Origin: Patescibacteria group bacterium
GTDB taxonomy: Bacteria > Patescibacteriota > Patescibacteriia > JAXHNJ01
NCBI GenBank assembly: GCA_041649715.1
Contig: JBAZMP010000003.1
Location: 167,690 to 231,689, forward strand
Direction: 5' to 3'
DNA: 64,000 bases
Part shown: piece after piece, positions 38,197 to 47,457 of the stretch
Layout: the number at the start of each line of letters is the position of its first letter
Numbering within the stretch: position 1 is the first letter of the stretch
Program-made: the position numbers and the translations under genes
Notes under the pieces: model-generated
Database searches by the model: none
What the model was told of the DNA's origin: nothing
Seen by the model: the letters and a program-made list of their open reading frames with translations, nothing else

Positions 38197-38978
38197 TAAT
38201 ATTTTCCAATAAATGGCTTAAGAAATCTGACTAATTCTTGATGCACTTTCGGCTTGGCACAGATATAGCCCTTCAGCTTGCCGCCTGGATACCAGGGCTG
38301 ACCGTCCATTTGACTGGCAACTAAACCGGCTTCACGGCAGATAATATCGGGGGCGGCCACATCCCAGGGCGTATTATGGGAAAACATAAAGCCGTCCATC
38401 CGGCCCAAAGCGGCATAACAGGCGGTAATGGAGATACAGGCGCGTTCGGTAAGGCACCAGATCTTTTTTTCCAGAGCCGTCTTCATTTTTATAAGGGGAT
38501 ATTTTGAGTTTTTCCAAACATCGAGATGAATCATCGTCTCGGAAAATTTTTCTCTCGCCCTGGAGATAAACTTTTGGCCGTTTAAAAAAGCGCCCTTGTC
38601 TTTTTCCGCGAAAAATAATTCCTGATGGACCGGATCAAAAACCCCTCCCATCATCATTTCTTTCCCCCGAGCTAATCCCAAAGACACGCCAAAATACGGG
38701 ATACCTTGGGCATAATTGATGGTGCCGTCGATCGGGTCAATGAACCAGGTATATTCATGCTGATTCTTAATATCGGGTAACTCTTCAGAAATAATGTTAT
38801 GATCGCCGAAATTCTTTTTAATCTCAGCCACTATGAATTTGTTTATCTTAATATCGGTCGCCGTGACAATCGATCTCCCCTTTTTCCAGCCGATCTTCTG
38901 CTCCAGTCGGAAATTAACCAAGGCCATGGCGCCGGCCTTCTTTATTACTTGTTGAACAAATCTTTTATAATCTTCCAT
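38196..38978 (-). CDS. inositol monophosphatase family protein
   Basis: IISEE, WFIDPIDGTINY, PWDVAA. Start placed at ATG 38978. Confidence 0.92.
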   Translation of the reverse strand: MEDYKRFVQQVIKKAGAMALVNFRLEQKIGWKKGRSIVTATDIKINKFIVAEIKKNFGDHNIISEELPDIKNQHEYTWFIDPIDGTINYAQGIPYFGVSLGLARGKEMMMGGVFDPVHQELFFAEKDKGAFLNGQKFISRAREKFSETMIHLDVWKNSKYPLIKMKTALEKKIWCLTERACISITACYAALGRMDGFMFSHNTPWDVAAPDIICREAGLVASQMDGQPWYPGGKLKGYICAKPKVHQELVRFLKPFIGKY

Positions 38979-39025
38979 GGCTATAGTATAACAAAATAAC
39001 CTCAATTTGGTTAGAGGCTAAATGT

Positions 39026-39103
39026 TGGCGGACCCGACGAGATTCGAACTCGTGATCTCCTCCGTGACAGGGAGGCGTGTTAGGCCAGCTACACCACGGG
39101 TCC
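39026..39103 (-). tRNA. tRNA-Asp(GTC)
   Basis: GGACCCG acceptor stem, CCTCC-CTGTCAC-GGAGG anticodon arm, TTCGAAT T loop, encoded CCA. Confidence 0.97.
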
Positions 39104-39157
39104 AAAGTATGTCTAATACTAACAAAACCAGTTAGTTTTGTCTACCCCTTCCCTTTC

Positions 39158-42100
39158 CTATTCAACGACATTGCCCAAATAATCAAAGGTGACCACTTCC
39201 GGCGCTCCGCTCATCTGGGAGGTGGTTATTTCATCTAGACCGTCGTTATTGACATCACCTGAAGAAACATAAATTCCGCGACGGGAAGAGGTTGAAGCGG
39301 CAAAAAACTGACTGACCAAAATACCATTGTTATTAAACATTCTGACGTGAGGCGCCTTACCTTGGCTCGTCCCGGTAATGATTTCTGTCCGGCCGTCCCC
39401 GTTGACGTCGCCGGCGGCCAGGTTCACGCCGCCGCGATATGTATAGGCGTAGGCAAAAAACTGAGAGAGAACTTTTCCCGAGGCGTTAAAAACCCTGACA
39501 TGCGGTCCGCCGTTGTAAATCGGGGCGGTAATTATCTCCGCGACTCCGTCGCCGTTTACATCTCCCGCGGCGACATTGATGCCGATGCGAAAATAAGTGG
39601 GATAGGCAAAAAACTGACCGAGCAGATGGCCTTGAAAATCAAATATTCTTACATGCGGGGCTGATGGTCCGTCCGTGCCGGTGATAATATCCGCGAGGCC
39701 GTCGCCAGTTACGTCGCCGACCGCGACCTTCATCCCCCTTCTAAACAACAAGTCGTAGGCAAAAAACTGAGCCTTAAGGTTTCCCTGCCAGTCAAACACT
39801 CTGACGTGCGGCCCTCCGCCGGGACCAGCTACCGTCACAATATCCGCTATCCCGTCGCCGTCGACATCGCCAATCGCCACATTAAAACCCTGGCGGAAAG
39901 TAGGCGCGTAGGCGAAAAATTGGCTTAAAACGTTTCCGCGACTATCAAATATTCTCACCTGCGGTCCGCCACCTTCCCCGGCCGCGGTGATTATCTCAAT
40001 TTGTCCGTCGTTATTTACATCACCGGTCGCTGACCTTACTCCTCCCGTAAAAGTACTGACATAAGCAAAAAAGCCTTCGCTGGTTTCCAGAGTATTAAAA
40101 ACAGCCGGAACAGAGCCTGAGGCATCGCTTACAGCGAAGCCGACTGACAGAACATCGGATTGACCGTCGCTATTGGTCACTTTCACATCGTAATAGCCAG
40201 GACTCATCTTCCCTAAAGGAATAACTACCGTCATGGCCGTCGAACTTTTAACATAGGTGGTCGTAGAAAAATCCCCGAATTGTGTTTGCGCGCCGTGGCG
40301 GAAATTCTGACCCAAGACATCCAAGTAAGCCTGGTAAGTGGTATCGGTGCGAATTTTTATGGTGTTCGGCGTGACGCCGGTCACGACCGGAGCAAGATCG
40401 GTATAGGGCGCTTGGCCGCTAACATCAATTTTTCTAATCATATCGTTCCAGCTATCGCAGAGGTAAAGATATTTATTAGTGCTATCCACGACCAAACCCA
40501 TCAGGTTGTTGAATTCCGCCGCCGTCCGGCTACCGTTCTTGAAACCCCGGCTGCCTGAACCAGCCACTAATTTTACCACCCCGCCGGATAGTTCAATCAC
40601 TCGGACGCGGTGCGAACCGGAATCGCTGACAAATAACTGATTAGCGTAATAATGAACATAAGTGGGATAGGAAAAAACCGCTTTGCTCGTCAAACCGTCA
40701 AGATAACCGTTGCGTCCGTCGCCGGCCAAAGTAACCGTGTCGCCGTCAGAAACCCTCACCCGCCTGATCCGATGATTGTCACGGTCAGCGACATATAGAT
40801 ACTGCCCGGAAGAATCAATATCAAGGCCGTAGGGAGCATTGAATTTCGCCGCCTTTCCTGCTCCGTCGGCAAAGCCGGCTTCACCCGAACCGGCGACGAG
40901 GGTCGTCTGACCGTCAGAGATCCTCACTTTTCTAATCCGGTTATTGCCGGTATCCGTCACGTATAAATACTGGTCATCGGGCGAAATTGTTAAGGTAGCC
41001 GGAACATCAAATCTGGCGGCCGCCCCCGCCCCTTCCGCGTAGCCGTTGCCCGTCCCGGTCACGTTATAATTGCCGCCCCCGGCCACCAAAAAAGAGCTTT
41101 GTTTGGCGATATTGATGCCGCGGATCCGATTGTTCCACCGGTCAACGATATACAGGGTGTCGCCCGAAGAATTAATTGTGATCCCGGAAATATTAGAAAA
41201 TCTCGCTTGGCTGCCGGTCTTTTGGCAAAAATCGTAACTGTCGATGCTGTTACCGATTACAAAGCTTACTTTACCGGTGACCCGGTTGATCTTTCTTATC
41301 TTGTTATTTTCCGCCAGGTAGAAATATTTTTTATCCGGCGATAAGACCAGGTCATACGGCCGGCCGATGACGGCAGCGCCTAAGCTTCCATCGGTATTGC
41401 CAAAACGGTCTTTGCCGGCCACCAAATTATTATCGGCGGCGTTATTTTTATTAAAACGGTGAATGGTGCCGTTACCGCCCAAGTAAAGATAATTGCCATA
41501 CACCCTGATACCGGAATAAGTGTAAACCGTGGTCATAGAAGTGTCACTGACAAATAAAGAAGTAGCTTTAGTGGCTAAATTAATTCGCCTGATCATCGAG
41601 ATGCGATCGGCATCTTCGTCAGTCACATAAAGCGAATTAGTGGCTGCATCATAACCTATACCATAGACCAGGCGGAATTGGGCGGCGGCACCCACTCCCT
41701 CCTTATATCCCTTACTGCCCGAGCCAGCGATTAAAGTAACCGCCCCCGTGCTGGTATTTACGCTGACCACACGGTAATGACCCTGATCAGCCACATAAAG
41801 AGTTGAGCCGTCTCCGGAAATATCCATTTTTCTCGGCGAAGAGATAGCGGTGGTTAGAGTGGTCACCGCGCCGGTTGAACGGCTGATTTTTTTGATGGCA
41901 TTATTGTTGGTGTCGGCCACGTACAGATAGTTCCCAAAAGTCACGATACCTTCGGGCCTGGCCAAACCGGAAGAAACATAAGTGCTAACGCTGCCGTAGA
42001 TATCAATTTTCCTGACCTGATCATTGTAGGTGTCGGAAATAAAAACATTGCCCGACGAATCAACGGCGATACCTTTGGGCAAAGCGAATTCGGCGGCATC

Positions 42101-42406
42101 GGCCGCCCCATTAATCAAACCGTATGAACCGGTACCGGCATAAGTCGTGATAATACCGCCGGTATCGATTTTTCTGACGACGTTATTATAAGTGTCGGCG
42201 ACATAAAGATTGCCCGAGCCGTCAAACGCCAAATCCTCCGGAAAATCGACATAAGCGGCCGTCGCCGCCCCGCCGTCACCTGCATAAACCCGGCCAAGAT
42301 AAGTAGTAGTATCACCGTAAGCGGCGAGGGCAGGCCCGATAAACGCAAAAAAAGTGCCAAAAAAAATGATTGGAACTAGATAAATAAAATAGCATTTTTT
42401 TCTCAT
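39158..42406 (-). CDS. secreted surface protein: NHL-repeat propellers, IPT/TIG domain and FG-GAP repeats
   Basis: Signal peptide; many 'F..P.GI.VD..G.LYVAD..N..IRK' repeats; V.G.NF..GA; C-terminal 'FFAY...F..G..VA.GDV.GDG..EIIT' repeats. Confidence 0.9.
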   Translation of the reverse strand: MRKKCYFIYLVPIIFFGTFFAFIGPALAAYGDTTTYLGRVYAGDGGAATAAYVDFPEDLAFDGSGNLYVADTYNNVVRKIDTGGIITTYAGTGSYGLINGAADAAEFALPKGIAVDSSGNVFISDTYNDQVRKIDIYGSVSTYVSSGLARPEGIVTFGNYLYVADTNNNAIKKISRSTGAVTTLTTAISSPRKMDISGDGSTLYVADQGHYRVVSVNTSTGAVTLIAGSGSKGYKEGVGAAAQFRLVYGIGYDAATNSLYVTDEDADRISMIRRINLATKATSLFVSDTSMTTVYTYSGIRVYGNYLYLGGNGTIHRFNKNNAADNNLVAGKDRFGNTDGSLGAAVIGRPYDLVLSPDKKYFYLAENNKIRKINRVTGKVSFVIGNSIDSYDFCQKTGSQARFSNISGITINSSGDTLYIVDRWNNRIRGINIAKQSSFLVAGGGNYNVTGTGNGYAEGAGAAARFDVPATLTISPDDQYLYVTDTGNNRIRKVRISDGQTTLVAGSGEAGFADGAGKAAKFNAPYGLDIDSSGQYLYVADRDNHRIRRVRVSDGDTVTLAGDGRNGYLDGLTSKAVFSYPTYVHYYANQLFVSDSGSHRVRVIELSGGVVKLVAGSGSRGFKNGSRTAAEFNNLMGLVVDSTNKYLYLCDSWNDMIRKIDVSGQAPYTDLAPVVTGVTPNTIKIRTDTTYQAYLDVLGQNFRHGAQTQFGDFSTTTYVKSSTAMTVVIPLGKMSPGYYDVKVTNSDGQSDVLSVGFAVSDASGSVPAVFNTLETSEGFFAYVSTFTGGVRSATGDVNNDGQIEIITAAGEGGGPQVRIFDSRGNVLSQFFAYAPTFRQGFNVAIGDVDGDGIADIVTVAGPGGGPHVRVFDWQGNLKAQFFAYDLLFRRGMKVAVGDVTGDGLADIITGTDGPSAPHVRIFDFQGHLLGQFFAYPTYFRIGINVAAGDVNGDGVAEIITAPIYNGGPHVRVFNASGKVLSQFFAYAYTYRGGVNLAAGDVNGDGRTEIITGTSQGKAPHVRMFNNNGILVSQFFAASTSSRRGIYVSSGDVNNDGLDEITTSQMSGAPEVVTFDYLGNVVE

Positions 42407-42515
42407 AAATTTTTCTACCTTTCACTACTATTTTAATATGAAATTTTAAATAAATCAAGATAAAAAAAGAGGGCGGTTCTCAAAGCCTTGAGAACCGCCC
42501 GCAAAGAACAAACCG

Positions 42516-43601
42516 CTAGAGCCGGTAAACCAACAGCCGCACGTGCGGCTCGGCCAACTCTCTGGTCGCCCAGAATTTCACCGCGTGGCCGATGCCCTGG
42601 CTGACGGGCAGATTTAAAGCGGCGACCAGCTCGCCCGATCTTAAGGCCCGGATGATCAGGTACGGCCGGCCGGGTCTGAAAGCCGTCTGCCAGGCAAAAA
42701 TCTGGCCGGTCTTATGCCTGATTGAAATGATCGGACAGGCGTAGGGAGCCGTTTGGACAAGTAGCTTCCGGCCGATCGAAATTGATTCCGGCAGGACAAA
42801 CGGTCCGGCGGGAAAATACATCTTATTGCTCGATGGCCGACCGAGTTGCCGCAAGTAGCGCGCCAGGTTCGGTGTCTCCACGGAACCTTCGAGCACCACC
42901 GCATAGATCTCTCCAGTCTTTATGGTGACAAATGACTGAAGCTGACCATTCTTGCGGTTAGTAACGTAATTGTTCAACTGGGGCAGTCGGTCGGGCAAAT
43001 TGAGGCTGTCCGGCACCCCGAAAAAACGATATTCTTCGGGTTCCACCACGGCAAAACCCAGAGGCATCTTGTCCGAACCGGTTATGCCCAGGTAGGGTGC
43101 CTTTACCAAGATGACGGCAAGAAGCACTAAGCCAATGACGGCGTATATGCGGCTTTCCCAATTCGTCTTCTTTCGCCAGATCTTGTCGATTAAGCTGACA
43201 ACGACCAGCCAAAACAGATAAGTGAAGAGAAGCTTGACGATGAGAATCGTATTCCCCGGCCAGCCGAGGTCAGCATAATTACGGAAGTAATCCGTGAAAC
43301 CGCCGGCCTTGACGATCGTGTAGGACAGGGCCAGCAAAAGCGGCAGCCAAAGGAGAAGCGTAACGGTTAACCATCTGGGTCTGACTGCCTGTTCACCAGG
43401 TTTTTTCTCCCCGAGCTTTCCCAACTTCTTTTTTAGCCATTGCTTGATCCTCTGCCAAAGGCTAACTTTATCTTTTTTCTTCCCGTTGATCTTCGCTCTT
43501 GGCTTAGGCGATCTATGCGCCTTGACGTATTGCCAAATCACCCAGGAGCCAAAGAGGACGATTCCGAGAATGAAAAAAATATAGGACAGAGTAATACCCA
43601 T
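42516..43601 (-). CDS. hypothetical membrane protein
   Basis: Four hydrophobic segments then a soluble domain; AAAGGGGGT SD; terminator GGGCGGTTCTCAA..TTGAGAACCGCCC at about 42471-42500. Confidence 0.75.
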   Translation of the reverse strand: MGITLSYIFFILGIVLFGSWVIWQYVKAHRSPKPRAKINGKKKDKVSLWQRIKQWLKKKLGKLGEKKPGEQAVRPRWLTVTLLLWLPLLLALSYTIVKAGGFTDYFRNYADLGWPGNTILIVKLLFTYLFWLVVVSLIDKIWRKKTNWESRIYAVIGLVLLAVILVKAPYLGITGSDKMPLGFAVVEPEEYRFFGVPDSLNLPDRLPQLNNYVTNRKNGQLQSFVTIKTGEIYAVVLEGSVETPNLARYLRQLGRPSSNKMYFPAGPFVLPESISIGRKLLVQTAPYACPIISIRHKTGQIFAWQTAFRPGRPYLIIRALRSGELVAALNLPVSQGIGHAVKFWATRELAEPHVRLLVYRL

Positions 43602-43669
43602 CCTCTTTTACCCCCTTTCTTTGAGAGTAAGTTGGAGGGCAAAACAGGCTTGCCCCCTTTGTTATTTCC

Positions 43670-45145
43670 TCACTTGGCTGAGGGTGATTCCGGCTTCGGT
43701 TTCACTTTGCCGGCTTTGATCCCCGCCATCATTTCTTCAACACGTTTCCACTGCTCGGGATCACTCTTGATGCCCGCGAGCATCTTCTCCAGCTGCTGGA
43801 GATCGGTACCGGTTGTCGTCTTTCCGCCGTCAAGTACCGTCTTGATACCCCTGACGGCCGCGGCTAGCTCCGCCGTTCCAGCCGTGCTGGAAAACACGGA
43901 ATAATCAGAGCTTGCCAGAGTGACTTGAAGAGTATCTAGAACGAGAAGAATCTTCTTCTCTTCCTCTTCCAAGCCAAGCTTCTTGGCCAGCTCATCATAA
44001 CCTTCCGCTCGCAACGTCCGGTCGAACTTTTCCTTGGACGCCAATCCCAGGGCGCTCTTTTCCTTTTGGATCTGATCGAGCTCGGCCAGCGTTGTCCCTT
44101 TCTCTTTGGTAATAAAGGCTTTCGCCCGATCGTTCATCTCGGTGATGATTCCTTCGGGAGGGATGACTTGCTGGATTTTGCTGGCATGCTCGATAGTCAC
44201 CAAACCCCACTGCTGCATGATGGCGTTGATCTCCTTAAAGAACCCATCGCTCATGCGTGTTAATCCCGCTGGTCCAATCAGATCGGCCAATTTTTCTTTT
44301 GCCGATAAATTCAGGACCACAGTCTTGGCCAGGGCCAGCGCCGAAGGATAAAGTTCCTTGACCGCATAAACAGCCTTGAGATGATCTTCCCAGGGTATCT
44401 GGAAATAGAGCACCCAATCGACCTTTGCCCCGACCACTCCGTCTTTGGTATTGACGGGTTGGAGCTCGGGATCGATTATCTGGACTTTCAAACTGATAAG
44501 CCAGGGAAATTTAGGGTAGTACTGAATGTTGTTGTCCTTGCCAACCGGATATTCATCTGGCTCGGCCATCCGCACTCTTTCATAGGGATAAAACGTGCAG
44601 GTGATACGTTTCCAGAATTCCGGATAGTATCGCGCGGAAAAACTGTAGCCGCCGAAAGCTTCGAACACCGCCACGTTGTTCACGGGGATGTAGAAAATCA
44701 CCCGGTGACTCCAGTAAAGTCCGCCGGCTAATCCAAGGTAGGCAAACACGTATATCCAGGGCTTGCCTTTCTTCTGGAAATCCGGATACCAGTCCATCGG
44801 TGCCTTGGTTTCTTCCGCCGTGACCGACGTCTGCACCAGGGTCGAATCCGACTGGCTTTTTTTCAGCGCCCGCTGATAAGACAAGTCAAAGGGCTTGAAC
44901 AACAACGACGTGCCAAGCCAGGCCATGATCGGGATCAGGATGATAAAAACCCAGATCATCCTGGCAATCCTTTCCCAATCGTCCAGCTCGTTGATCTTCG
45001 GAACTTTAACGGTTTTTGAGCCCGTTCCCGCTGAAGCGCCACCGTCCTCGTTTTCCTCTCTTGGCTTGCTGATGATAAGGATAAAGACTGGGCTGACAAA
45101 CAACAGCGCAATGAAGATCCACTTCAGACCGAACATCGCAATCAC
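43670..45145 (-). CDS. SPFH/band-7 domain protein with three N-terminal TM segments
   Basis: V.E.FG.Y, I.L..Q......Q.V.TKDGV...VD..L.FQI, KAVYAV, WGL, coiled-coil tail. Confidence 0.8.
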   Translation of the reverse strand: MIAMFGLKWIFIALLFVSPVFILIISKPREENEDGGASAGTGSKTVKVPKINELDDWERIARMIWVFIILIPIMAWLGTSLLFKPFDLSYQRALKKSQSDSTLVQTSVTAEETKAPMDWYPDFQKKGKPWIYVFAYLGLAGGLYWSHRVIFYIPVNNVAVFEAFGGYSFSARYYPEFWKRITCTFYPYERVRMAEPDEYPVGKDNNIQYYPKFPWLISLKVQIIDPELQPVNTKDGVVGAKVDWVLYFQIPWEDHLKAVYAVKELYPSALALAKTVVLNLSAKEKLADLIGPAGLTRMSDGFFKEINAIMQQWGLVTIEHASKIQQVIPPEGIITEMNDRAKAFITKEKGTTLAELDQIQKEKSALGLASKEKFDRTLRAEGYDELAKKLGLEEEEKKILLVLDTLQVTLASSDYSVFSSTAGTAELAAAVRGIKTVLDGGKTTTGTDLQQLEKMLAGIKSDPEQWKRVEEMMAGIKAGKVKPKPESPSAK

Positions 45146-45366
45146 CTCTTTCTTTCCTGATTAGTAACTTTAACACCTGTGTTAACCTAAATTTAGCCAT
45201 CACGTTATACTCACTCTTCAAGAACTAAATCTTTTAGAGGAGTAATTTTCCCCGCTAACACAGCGGGTATACCCCCCTCTTTTTCAAGGTTCTCGTTTTT
45301 AGCACAACTTAAATCATCAGTAACATCATATGCTAGCACAAAATCACGAATTTGTCAAGAGTAAAA

Positions 45367-46221
45367 TTAGTAACAGGTCAAAAGCGCTTTTTTCCGCTCA
45401 CAAATAACCTCACCATCTGTATCTGTCCTAAAAATACGCGCTCCGATTTTTTCCAATCTTTGTAAAGTAATCAAATGGGGGTGGCCGAAACGATTATTTT
45501 TTCCGACCTGGAAAACCGCATATGAAGGCGATAGTTGAGTTAAAAAGGGCGGACTTGAGGAATATTTTGAGCCATGATGCCCCACTTTTAGCACTTCAAC
45601 TCCGCTAATCAAATCGGCGGCTAACATCTCTTTTTCCTCTTCCGCCCGGCTGTCGCCGGTAAATAAAAAAGAGTAAGAACCGTCAATAAGTTCGGTGACA
45701 ATCGAAGTATCGTTTAAATTTTCAAACTTTTGGCCGGTTATATCCGTCAGGGGATATAAAGTTTTAAGATATGTATTTTCCCCTAAATTGAACCGGTCAC
45801 CGTTTACGGTTTTTTCCAAAGGAATCTTTTTTTCTTGAGTTACCCTTAACCAGTCCTGATAATCGGCTCCCGTATAATCAATTTGAGAATCAATTATTCT
45901 TTCAACCTTGTAACTTTTTAAAACTTCGATCAACCCCTGCAAATGGTCAGTGTGCGGATGCGTTAAGATCACTAACTCGATTTTCCGGTCCCAAAAAGGC
46001 AGATGCTTGCCCAAACCGGAGAGAACTTTTTTATCCGGGCCGCCGTCGATCAGGACATCAATATTACCAGGCGCTTGAATTAAAATGGCATCGCCCTGCC
46101 CGACATCTAAAAAAACCACCTTGACATTCCGGCTGTATTGGCTAAATAAAATTATTAAAAAAATTGAAATAACTAATACAATAACCAGGATTATAAAAGA
46201 AATTTTTTTGTAACTTTTCAT
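45367..46221 (-). CDS. ComEC-type metallo-beta-lactamase-fold protein (stand-alone nuclease domain)
   Basis: FLDVGQGDAILI, IDGG, LTHPHTDH, LFTGD, LKVGHHGS, N.FGHPH. Confidence 0.93.
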   Translation of the reverse strand: MKSYKKISFIILVIVLVISIFLIILFSQYSRNVKVVFLDVGQGDAILIQAPGNIDVLIDGGPDKKVLSGLGKHLPFWDRKIELVILTHPHTDHLQGLIEVLKSYKVERIIDSQIDYTGADYQDWLRVTQEKKIPLEKTVNGDRFNLGENTYLKTLYPLTDITGQKFENLNDTSIVTELIDGSYSFLFTGDSRAEEEKEMLAADLISGVEVLKVGHHGSKYSSSPPFLTQLSPSYAVFQVGKNNRFGHPHLITLQRLEKIGARIFRTDTDGEVICERKKALLTCY

Positions 46222-46223
46222 AT

Positions 46224-46340
46224 TTGACAACTTATTAATGAGATGATACTTTTTAAGTCTCGGTTATTCGTCTTTAGAGCGTTCCTGCCGCTCTTTAAAA
46301 TATAACATAAATCATCGTTTTTTTCTTTTTCTTGAGGAGG
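46224..46340 (+). promoter_or_regulatory. sigma70 promoter, boxA-like motif and SD
   Basis: TTGACA(46224)-17-TACTTT; GCTCTTTAAAAT(46290); GAGGAGG(46334). Confidence 0.7.
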
Positions 46341-46346
46341 CCTAAG

Positions 46347-47447
46347 ATGAATATCACGTTGACGTTAGTGAAGGCTGACATTGGTTCTCTCGGCGGCCAT
46401 ATCAAGCCATCGGAAAAACTCCTGGCCACGGTCACGGACATCATTGACTCATCCTACCAAAGCGACAATCTTCTTTCCTACCGCGTCACCCACACGGGTG
46501 ACGATATCGCGATTCTTATGGTTCACCCGCACGGGGTAAACAACGTCCACATCCACGGCCTCGCGCTGGAAGCCTTCAAGGCCGGTACCAAGATAGCCAA
46601 GAAACAGGGGCTGTACGGCGCCGGCCAAGATCTGCTGAAAGACGCTTTCAGCGGCAACATCAGAGGCATGGGTCCGGCTATCGCGGAAATGACTTTTGAG
46701 GAAAGACCCAACGAGCCTTTCCTGGTCTTTGCCGCGGACAAGACCGACCCAGGTGCCTACAACCTCCCCCTCTATCTCGGCTTTGCCGATCCCATGCACT
46801 GCTCCGGTTTGCTGCTGAGCGAAAAAATGGGCCAGGGTTTCAAATACACGATTATGGATGTCTCCCACACCGAGGGTGACCGCGTCATCGAACTCAATAC
46901 TCCGGAAGATCTATACTTATTGGCGGCTCTCCTGCGGGACAACGAGCGTTTCGTCGTCGAGACAATCAACTCACGGGCCACCGGCGAAATCGCGGCCGTC
47001 GTTTCCACCACTCGTCTCCACAACATTGCCGGCAAATACACCGGTAAAGACGACCCCATCGCCATCGTGCGCGTCCAGGGCGCTTTCCCGGCCACCGGCG
47101 AAATCCTTTCACCCTATACCCTCGGGCATTTTGTCGCCGGCTTCATGCGCGGCAGCCACAACGGACCCCTGATGCCAGTCAAGCAAAACAGCTCTATTTC
47201 CTTTTTCGACGGACCGCCGGTGGTCAGCTGCGCCGCTTACTGCGTTAAGGAGGGAATACTCACCGAAGCGGCGGATACCTTTGACCATCCCTTCTGGGAT
47301 TATATCCGGCATCAAATCTCCCAGAAAGCGCTGGAAATCCGCCGACAGGGTTTTTCCGGACCGGCCATGCTCGATATCAGAGAACTTGAGTATGGGGGGA
47401 TTAAGAACGTACTTGCCACGCTAGAAGAGCGGTTCAAAGTCCGCTAG
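46347..47447 (+). CDS. fbp: bifunctional fructose-1,6-bisphosphate aldolase/phosphatase (class V)
   Basis: KADIGS.GGH, GDD, GLYGAGQDLLKDAFSGN, ADKT.PGA.N, Y.GKDDP, GFMRGSH.GPLMPV, ELEY. Confidence 0.95.
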   Translation: MNITLTLVKADIGSLGGHIKPSEKLLATVTDIIDSSYQSDNLLSYRVTHTGDDIAILMVHPHGVNNVHIHGLALEAFKAGTKIAKKQGLYGAGQDLLKDAFSGNIRGMGPAIAEMTFEERPNEPFLVFAADKTDPGAYNLPLYLGFADPMHCSGLLLSEKMGQGFKYTIMDVSHTEGDRVIELNTPEDLYLLAALLRDNERFVVETINSRATGEIAAVVSTTRLHNIAGKYTGKDDPIAIVRVQGAFPATGEILSPYTLGHFVAGFMRGSHNGPLMPVKQNSSISFFDGPPVVSCAAYCVKEGILTEAADTFDHPFWDYIRHQISQKALEIRRQGFSGPAMLDIRELEYGGIKNVLATLEERFKVR

Positions 47448-47457
47448 AAAAATCGTA

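Noticed and set aside
39180-40080. Regularly spaced DNA repeats (AAAAACTG..., GTCGCCG) that could suggest a CRISPR array
   Set aside because: They are degenerate coding repeats of the FG-GAP units inside an ORF. There are no identical repeats with unique spacers and no cas genes.
39026-45358. Genomic island integrated at tRNA-Asp
   Set aside because: There is no integrase and no duplicated tRNA 3' end, and the accessory genes lie on the 5' side of the tRNA.
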